A stretch of DNA of 54,104 nucleotides from Chiloscyllium plagiosum (Eukaryota): the NCBI RefSeq assembly GCF_004010195.1, contig NC_057726.1:57237684-57291787 (forward strand). Reading direction: 5' to 3'. The notes beneath the pieces were generated by a model. That model was given only the letters and a program-made list of their open reading frames with translations. It was not told the DNA's origin and searched no databases. The first letter of the stretch is position 1; each line of letters begins with the position of its first letter. Positions 46,273 through 54,104 of this stretch are shown here, piece after piece. Position numbers and translations under genes: made by a program.

Positions 46273-48178
46273 TTGCTCCGACCAAAGTGAATCACCTCAC
46301 ACTTGACCATCCTGCTTGTAGAGGTCCCACCTACCCCAGAAAGAGCCCCAATTATCCAAGAATCCAAAACCCTCCCTCCTGCACCATCCCTGTAGCCACG
46401 AGTTCAACTCCTCTCCCTATTCCCCACCTCACTAGCATGTGGCACGGGCAACAAACCAGAGACAACAACTCTGTTCATCCTAGCTCTAAGCTTCCATCCT
46501 CGTTCCCTGAATTTCTGTCTTAAATCCCCATCTCTCTTCCTATCTATGTCGTTGGTGCCAATGTGAACCACAATTGGGGGCTGCTCCCCCTCCCCATTAA
46601 GGATCCCAAAAACACGATCAGAGACATCACGAACCCTGGCACCTGGGAGGCAACACACCAACCATGAGTCTCTTCGTCCCCACAGAACCTCCTATCTGTC
46701 CCCCTAACTATGGAGTCCTCAATGACTACTGTTTTGCTCCTCTCCCCCTTTCCCTTCCAAGCAGCAGGGACAGACTCTGTGCCAGAGCCCTGTGCCCCAC
46801 TGCTTTCCCTTGGTAAGTCGTTCCCCCCCCCCCCAAACGGTGTACTTATTGTTGAGGGGAATGGTCACAAGGGATCCCTGCGTTGCCTGTCGGTTCCCTT
46901 TACGTCCCCTGACAGTAACCCATCTGCCTTTTTCTTGCACCTTAGGAGTGACTACCTCCCTGTAACTCCTCTCTAACCCCCTCTGCCTCCTGCATGCTCT
47001 GAAGTTCATCCAGCTCCAGTTCTCTAACAGGGATTTTGAGGAGCTGGAGTTGGGTGCCCGCCCTGGAGATGTAGTCAGCAGGAACACTAGTGGTGACCCT
47101 TACCTCCCACATTCTGCACGAGGAACATTCAACTGCCCTAACCTCCATTCCTACTATTCTAAATTCCCAAAGAGACTGTTGAAAAAATAAGGAATAAAAA
47201 ATAAACGCGTTACCTTATCAATGTGGCGCACAGAACCTTTTATTTTGGGTTGAGGAGGTTGGGTGGGAGACACTACCCAAGTAGTGTTTCGGGTAACGTA
47301 ACCACACAAATATGTGACTTCCCAGAAGTCCTTCGCTCCTCGAGTTATCATGCACACCAGACCAGGTGAGCATGGCAGCTCTTCTTACCTGAAGGGCATT
47401 AGTGTGCCAGATGGGATTTTCCTGACCATCAGCAAAGGTTTCATGCTCATCAATAAATATCAAGAATTAAGAGCCAAGTGAAATCAAATCACACCATCTG
47501 CTCTAGTGCGAATCAAACCCAGGTCCCTGGAACCTTAACTGAGTTTCTGGGCAAATAGCTCAGCACTAGTACCTCTAGACCGTCACCTCAGTATTCGAGA
47601 AGTCTGACACCATCGAAAATAAAACTGCATGCATGGCACTACCTTCAACATTCACGACTGCTACCATGGTAGAAGTGTGTGCCATTGACAACATAGAGTC
47701 ATAGAAAAATACAGCACAGAACCTGATCCTTCAGCCTATGGAGTTGGTATCAGCTTTTGTTGAAAAAACAACTCTCCTCCTCCTTTTGACCTGCTGTCCT
47801 TTTCCAGTACCACACTCTCAACTCTAATCTCCAGCATTTGCAGTCCTCGCTTTCGACCAGTCAAAAGCAACTGCCTAACTGTCCCAATTAGAGGCTAAAT
47901 GCTGACAGATGGGACTAGATTAGTTTTGGGCAAGTTGGAGTGGAGGATCTGTTTCCAAGCTGTATGATTTCCTCCACGTGGAGCAGACTCGGACTTGAGC
48001 CGAAGGGACGGAGAGTTTGCTGTTGCACTGGTGGTTACTGCCAGCGTTGACTTTGGCGGGTGAACGGTTGATTTCAAAATCGCCACAACTTGGAGATGCC
48101 AGTGTTGGACTGGGGTAGGCAAAGTTTAACAAAAAACCACACAACACCAGGTTATAGTCCAACAGGTTCATTTGGAAG

Positions 48179-48213
48179 CACTAGCTTTCGGAGCGACGCT
48201 CCTTCATCAGGTG
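48179..48213 (-). ncRNA. Minimal hammerhead ribozyme motif
   Basis: Reverse complement reads cacCTGATGAaggagcgtcgctccGAAAgcTAgtg. Confidence 0.75.
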
Positions 48214-48331
48214 GTTATGGAGCAACAGAATTTACAGCAAAAGGTTGAAAGTGTGATGTAACTTCGGTGTATAATTTTAGTTATGATTTGGAGATGCCGG
48301 TGTTGGACTGGGGTGTACACCTGGGGTCCAT

Positions 48332-48366
48332 TACCTGATGAAGGAGCGTCGCTCCGAAAGCTAGTG
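48332..48366 (+). ncRNA. Minimal hammerhead ribozyme motif
   Basis: tacCTGATGAaggagcgtcgctccGAAAgcTAgtg. Confidence 0.75.
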
Positions 48367-48484
48367 TGCTTCCAATTAAACCTGTTGGACTATAACCTGG
48401 TGTTGTGTGATTCTTAACTTTAGTTACATCACACTGTAAACGTTTGCTATAAATTCTGTGTTTTATGATTTTAGACTTCACAAC

Positions 48485-48519
48485 CACCTGATGAAGGAGC
48501 AGCGCTCCGAAAGCTAGTG
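48485..48519 (+). ncRNA. Minimal hammerhead ribozyme motif
   Basis: cacCTGATGAaggagcagcgctccGAAAgcTAgtg. Confidence 0.75.
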
Positions 48520-48897
48520 CTTCCAAATCAACCTGTTGGACTATAACCTGGTGTTGGGTGTTTTTTTTTTAAAACAAAAATCAAAATCCTGAGATTTGCA
48601 TTTTTAACTTTGTCCACCCCAGTCCAACACCGGCCCCTCCAAATGCTGAGATTTGTAGGTCGGTTGAAACTCCCAGCCACCAGCCTGAGCAGCACAGTTT
48701 GGGGGGGGGTTTGTGACTGAGCTGGTTACGGAAGAGTTGCTCAACGCCCTTGAGGAAAGCAGCACTGTCGGAGCCTAGACTCTCAGGGAGGGAGGGACTT
48801 CAAAACTGAAACCTCCAAGGTGAAGTGAGCAGCTCGGCCGGCTGGGGGAGGCTTCCTTGCAGCACAGCAGCGGCGGGACAGTCTGAATGCTGCGGTC

Positions 48898-49106
48898 ATG
48901 GAGAGCACGTTTGGAAAGCAGCATTCTCCCGGGAGGGCTGAGGGACGGCTGAAGGAGAGCCCGGCAGGTCACTTCACTTCCATCGCGCCGAGGGACTTAG
49001 GGCAACGGTGCTGCATCGCCTACGGGGGCTTCGGGAAGGTTTACAAAGTCTGGCACCGCTCCTGGGGGATCTGGGTCGCAGTCAAGTTGCTCAGACTGAA
49101 CGGGAG
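48898..49106 (+). CDS. ripk3: Receptor-interacting Ser/Thr kinase (RIPK3-like), coding exon 1
   Basis: IAYGGFGKVYKVWHRSWGIWVAVKLL is the RIPK Gly-loop plus VAVK lysine. Kozak GTCATGG; donor AG|GTAAGG, phase 2. RIPK3 versus RIPK4/ANKK1 assignment is tentative. Confidence 0.8.
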
Positions 49107-50167
49107 GTAAGGAACCATTCTCTGTCACAGGGGCGTGGGCAGATCAGCGACTGGTTTACTGTAACTATGATTTCCATTAGTTCCCATTAGCGACCGTCCT
49201 GGTGAGGAAGTTGCTCACTGGTCACTTTTACACCTTCAAGAGACTTTCCACTCATCACTGTACAGCCCCACTGCGGCTGGTGAACGGATATCCAGCCGGA
49301 ATCTACTGACCAACACGCAACAGTTTCCACGAGATCTTTGCACAGAAAGTTTCATCGTCGCGCAGACGCCATTAAACTAGTTTGGAATTTCAGATGTCTT
49401 ATTGAATGCAATGCAGATTTTGCCATTTAGAATGATAGAGATGGACAACATACAAACAACTCATACTATTTCCGTACAACTGGTCCATACCGACCAGAAA
49501 TCCGCAATTAATTCGAGTCCCATTTGCTAGTATTTGGCCCATATCTCTCTAAACCCTTCCTATTCATATACCCACCCCAGATGCCTTTTAAATGTTGTAA
49601 TTGTACCAGCCTCCACCACTTCCTCTGGTAGCACCTTCCATACACCTGTGTAAAAATGTCACTTTGAAATCTTTCCCCTCTCACTTTAATATTACCCTGA
49701 GAAAAAGACCTTGGTTACTCATCTTATCAACCTCCCACCGTGATGCTATAAACTTCTATAAGGTCACCCCTCAGCCTCCTACCCTTCAGGGAAAATAGCC
49801 CCCTGTCTAATCTAGACCCTGCCTATTCAGTTTCTCCCTTTAGCTCAAACCCTCCAGCCCTATCAACATCCCAGTAAATCTTTTCTAACCCTTTCAAGTT
49901 TGAACCAAACGTCCAGAGACTTAGCTCAGTCTAATGGCCAACCTCGATTACTAGCGCAGTGACACTAGTACTGCATCCTCTCTGGTCATCCGGGTGAATT
50001 GGACTGGCAACTGTCGAACTTCCTGCAGCACTTTCTCCTCTGATTTGAAATTTCCAGCATCTGCGCCATTTTGCTTTTATTAGACAACTGGGTATCTTCT
50101 TAACCACACAGGACCACCGAATTAGTATGGTACGGAAGGAGGCCATTTGGCCCATCATGTGAGGTTT

Positions 50168-50257
50168 TGGCAGTACTGGGATTTAAACCAATAACTCAAT
50201 TGAGACTGGAGTTTTAAAAACCAAATCTAGCACCTTAGATCTTTCAGACATGTCACC
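50168..50257 (-). pseudogene. Degenerate tRNA-Leu-like pseudogene
   Basis: Reverse complement ggtgacatgtctgaaagatctaaggtgctagatt...ctccagtctc...ggtttaaatcccagtactgcca aligns by eye to tRNA-Leu (GGTCTAAGGCGCTGGATT..CTCCAGTCTC..GGTTCGAATCCCACCGCTGCCA). Confidence 0.6.
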
Positions 50258-50337
50258 ACAGATCAGTATCACACAGTACAGGATCTAAACATTTAGAATA
50301 ATGAATTTGATGTCAAATCAGGCACGTAAAGCAAAAT

Positions 50338-50810
50338 AAACCTTGAAAGGGTTCAGAAAAGATTTACAAGGATGTTGCCAGGGTTGGAGGATTTGAGCTA
50401 AGAGGAGAGTTTGAATAGGCTGGGGCTGTTTTCCCTGTAGTGTTGGACAGTGAGGGATGACCTTGTAGAGGTTTATAAAATTATGAGGGGCATGGATAGG
50501 ATAAATAGACAAAGTCTTTTCCCTGGGGTGGGGGATTCAGAACTAGAGGGCATAGGTTTAGGGTGAGAGGGGAAAGATATAAAAGAGACCTAAGGGGCAA
50601 CTTTTTCACACAGAGGGAATGGGCTGCCAGAGGAACTGGTGGAGGCTGGTACAACTGCAACATTTAAGAGGCATTTGGATGGGTATATGAAAAGGAAGGG
50701 TTTGGAGGGATATGGGCCGGGTGCTGGCAGGTGGGACTAGATTGGGTTGGGATATCTGGTCGGCTTGGAGCAAAGGATCTGTTTCCATGCTGTACATCTC
50801 TATGACTCTC
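50338..50810 (+). mobile_element. CR1/HER1 3' end
   Basis: LERVQKRFTRMLPGLE remnant and tail ctgtttccatgctgtacatctctatgactct. An opposite-strand copy lies at ~49430-49900. Confidence 0.8.
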
Positions 50811-51533
50811 TGAATGCAAAATTGGACTCTGCTTCTGATAGTTCCTTGAGACAAAGAAGATACTTACACCTTCTGTGCTCATTGAAGTTCTGGAGGGAGG
50901 CTTGAATCGTGAACGTCAGATTTAAGAGGTGGGGATACTATTGCATTGCACCAACAGCCCTTCGCTTAATCAATTAAGAGAGGTATGAGAGAGACAGAAA
51001 ATAGCCACAGTGATTGATGGGTTTTGCAGCACAGTGATAGTGACTGACTCACAGAGCTAAATAGTCCAGGTTTAAGTCATACCTGCCCAAGAGGTATGTT
51101 ATAACATGCCTGAAGAGATGAATTAGAAATTTTTGCTTTAAAGAAGGGAATTGATGTGTGTGGAGGGGGTGGGGGTGTTGGAGAAGAAAGCTACAACAAA
51201 TAAAAGCTGAAGGATTGAGTCTTCATAATTGCGATACTGAACTTTCAGGGGTTATTTGACAGAAATCACACCAGTAAAAGTGGTAATTAGAACGGGATGA
51301 AGCCCTGTGTGGAGTCTGGTTTAAAGCTGTCATATAAGGACATGTGTTGCAGCATGCAGTGAGGTGTTTCCAGGAAGTTAATGGCAGAACAGTGCGTCTC
51401 TCACAGCCACAGCTGTGCTTATCCAAGTACCTTGGGAATGGGCTGCCAGAGGAAGTATCCAAGTACCTGGCCCAGTTTAACATTGCTGTGTGATTTGTGC
51501 ATTAATGATGGTGGCTGCCATTAACCTCATCAT

Positions 51534-51733
51534 TGGGCGAGAGTGAGGGCTGCAGATGCTGCAGATCAAGTCGAGGGTGAGGTGCTGGAAAAGCACAGCA
51601 GGTCAGGCAGCATCCGAGGAGCAGTAGAGTCAACATTTCAGGCAAAAACCCATTCCTGATGAAGGGCTTTTACCCGAAACGTCAACTATCCTGCTCCTCG
51701 GATGCTGCCTGACCTGCTGCACCACACTCTCGA
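51534..51733. mobile_element. Family B fold-back element with hammerhead motif
   Basis: Inverted arms; ttcCTGATGAagggcttttacccGAAAcgTC at 51653-51683; 15-bp TSD cattaacctca(t/c)cat at 51519 and 51734. Confidence 0.8.
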
Positions 51734-52449
51734 CATTAACCTCACCATGACCTTCCAATAAACTCTTGACCGTTTGCAGAGGTTCCTGTAATTTGGTGCA
51801 GGTTCTGTCATTCTGTTTTATTCAGAGAATGATTGCTGTTTGTCAGGGTTTTAGATACAGGTAGCATTCGATTGTGTCTTCAACTTAACAAAGACGTTCA
51901 AGTTATTTAAAAAAAAACTTCAGTTTAAAGAAGAGGCAGTCATTTGGAATGGTATCTTTATTCATCGCTGACTAGGCAGCATTTATTGCCCATCCAGAGG
52001 GCAATTAAGAGTCAACTACATTGCTGTGGGTTTGGAGTTTAATGGCGGCCAGACCGAGTAAGGATGGCAGCTTCCTTCCCTTAAGGACATTAGTGACCAA
52101 GATAGATTTTCCCAATAATCGACAAAGGATTTGTGGTCATTGTTAGACTCTTAATTTCAGATACTTATTGAACTGAAATTCCACCATCTGCCCTGGTGGG
52201 ATTGGAACCCAAGTTTCTGGGTTAACAGAACAGCAATAATACCCCTCAGCCATTGCTTCACCTGTGGATAATATGCACCCCTACAAAGGGATAATAAGCT
52301 CACACCTTTATCAATCACAAAACTACTGGAGAAATGAGATGGGGGTACAATAATATTCTGACCACTGTTTTTCAATCATTTAAAAGAAACACACTTTAAT
52401 AATCTATTTTATTTCTCTTTGAGAAATTTGTGCTGCTGTCATTTTTTTT

Positions 52450-52745
52450 AGGTTAGACTCCCTACAGCATGGAAACAGGCCCCTTGGCCCAACAAGTCCA
52501 CACTGACCCTCCGAAGAGTAAACCATTTCCCCACCCTATATTTACCCCTGACTAATGCACCTAACATTATGGGTGATTTATCATGGCCAATTCACCTGAC
52601 CTGAACATCTTTGGATTGTGGGAGGAAACCGCAGGAAACTCTCATGCAGACGGGGGGGGAACGTGCAGTTTCCACACAGAGGAAACTGCCTGAGGTAGGA
52701 ATCAAACCCAGGTTCCTGGCCCTGTGAGGCAGCAGTGCTAACCAT
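52450..52745 (-). mobile_element. HE1 V-SINE
   Basis: Reverse-complement HE1 sequence. Confidence 0.85.
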
Positions 52746-53065
52746 TTGTCTACATCACACTGACATCTGTGCTTCAGAAGTGCTTTATTGTCTGTGAAGT
52801 GGTTTGGGGCATTCTGTGGATGTGAAAGGTGCCATGTTAATGCAGGAAAATGTTGCAGCAATGTTAATGTTTTTAGTCTAGTGAAGGTATCATTTGTGTA
52901 TGTTACTCTCGTAAATCCCAGCTGTGATATTGCCACGTGATTAGTTCTCGCTTGGCCACGGTAGGATTGTAGGGAACGAGCTGGATGGGATCTGAGAGGT
53001 TGAGGCTGGGATGGCGATGAACTATGTCACTGTGGTATCTCTCTGTGACCTGTTTACCATTACAG

Positions 53066-53375
53066 TGACAAAAAGGAGTTGTTGGAGGAAGCAAAGAAGA
53101 TGTATCGAGCACAATTTGAGCATATCCTTCAGTTGTATGGAGTTGTGGAAAATATGATGGATAGACATCCATCATTGGGATTGGTAACAGAATTCATGGA
53201 GGTCGGATCATTGGATAAACTCCTGAAGAACTATGATGTCCCTTGGCCTCTCCGTATGCGTTTTGCATATGAAATTGCTTTAGGAGTCAACTACCTACAT
53301 AACCTGGAGCCAGCTCTCTTTCACCATGACTTGAAACCTGCCAATATTGTATTGAATAATGACTATCGTGTGAAG
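53066..53375 (+). CDS. ripk3: RIPK3-like kinase, coding exon 2 (subdomains III-VIb); gene continues beyond the window
   Basis: Acceptor ttacag| joins in phase (SDKKELLEEAKKM...LVTEFMEVGSL...PWPLRMRFAYEIALGVNYLH...HHDLKPANIVL...RVK|gtatat), ending just before the expected DFG exon. Confidence 0.85.
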
Positions 53376-53431
53376 GTATATGGAGTATATTGTTCTATCA
53401 CCTAAAATGCCAATGTTGATGCCCTCTTTGA

Positions 53432-53916
53432 TTTAAAAAAAATCACACAACACCAAGTTATACTCAAACAGGTTTATTTGATAGTACTGGCTTTTGGAGC
53501 ACTGCTCCTTCATTGGGGAACTAGTGGGGCAGGATCATAGGAGACAGAATTTATAGGAAATGATCAAAGTGTCAGACAGCTGATGCAATCGATTGAACAA
53601 ACGGACATTGCTGTTAAGTCTTTAATCGCTTAGAATGGCGATACAGGTTTCGATTGATTAATGTATAAATCCGAGAATTTCTTTCAATCACAGCCCTGAA
53701 ATAACTTCAGGTTTTATCAGTTTATTAAAAAAGTGATACCTCAGATCATATAATGCATAAAAGATGTAAGGCTAGAGCCTGTCTGTATCTCAAACCTGAG
53801 ACAGACAGGTTCTATTACCAAAGAGGGAATTTATAAAATCTCACATGGACTGACAACCTACAGATTGGGTGGTTTTTGAATAAAATAGAGAGTATCTGTA
53901 AATACAAATCTGCAAA
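53432..53916 (-). mobile_element. Family A element (decayed hammerhead) with longer internal sequence
   Basis: aaaatcacacaacaccaagttata terminus and degenerate antisense hammerhead at ~53485-53517. The right boundary is uncertain. Confidence 0.55.
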
Positions 53917-54094
53917 NNNNNNNNNNNNNNNNNNNNNNNNNNNNNNNNNNNNNNNNNNNNNNNNNNNNNNNNNNNNNNNNNNNNNNNNNNNNNNNNNNNN
54001 NNNNNNNNNNNNNNNNNNNNNNNNNNNNNNNNNNNNNNNNNNNNNNNNNNNNNNNNNNNNNNNNNNNNNNNNNNNNNNNNNNNNNNNNNNNNNN
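53917..54094. other. Assembly gap (N run)
   Basis: Contiguous Ns. Confidence 1.
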
Positions 54095-54104
54095 ATGTGT
54101 GTGT

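Larger units (their letters stand above)
42422..47340 (-). mobile_element. Near full-length CR1 (HER1-like) LINE spanning an assembly gap
   Basis: ORF1 with Cys-rich N-terminus (47148) and SGNH esterase CCLPGARV...VVHIGTNDI (46404-46661). ORF2 endonuclease [53 protein letters not shown]. 3' tail at 42422. Confidence 0.9.
48088..48643. mobile_element. Family A Penelope/retrozyme-like cluster: one antisense and two tandem sense hammerheads inside inverted termini
   Basis: Outer arms ttggagatgccagtgttggactgggg (48090) / ccccagtccaacaccggcccctccaa (~48617-48642). Hammerheads at 48179-48213 (-), 48332-48366 (+) and 48485-48519 (+). Confidence 0.8.

Noticed and set aside
48088-48643. CRISPR-like repeat-spacer array
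   Set aside because: Eukaryotic context, mixed orientations, and the intervening sequences are themselves parts of the same repeat family.

Overview
Vertebrate genomic DNA, almost certainly an elasmobranch (shark): it carries many HE1/V-SINE copies with (ATCTA)n tails and HER1/CR1 LINEs. There are two assembly gaps (43891-44799, 53917-54094). Three protein genes are supported. (1) An intronless, intact Harbinger/HARBI1-like transposase ORF (1353-2510) lies behind a CpG-island promoter, with its first DDE aspartate changed to glycine. (2) A complete 8-exon gene (28537-36462) encodes signal peptide, EGF, ZP module, furin-like site and transmembrane helix (ZPD/uromodulin-like) and needs a GC-AG intron. 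(3) The first two coding exons of a RIPK3-like kinase with an HHD catalytic loop (48898-53375). The rest is transposon-rich: a degraded full-length L1 with nested insertions, a near full-length CR1, a probable solo LTR and tRNA pseudogenes. Most notable are at least three families of small Penelope-associated elements carrying minimal hammerhead ribozyme motifs. They include fold-back copies, a tandem retrozyme-like cluster just upstream of the kinase gene, and a ~1 kb composite insertion bounded by such ends with a perfect 15-bp target-site duplication. All calls are from reading the sequence by eye; no database searches were run, and repeat boundaries are approximate.
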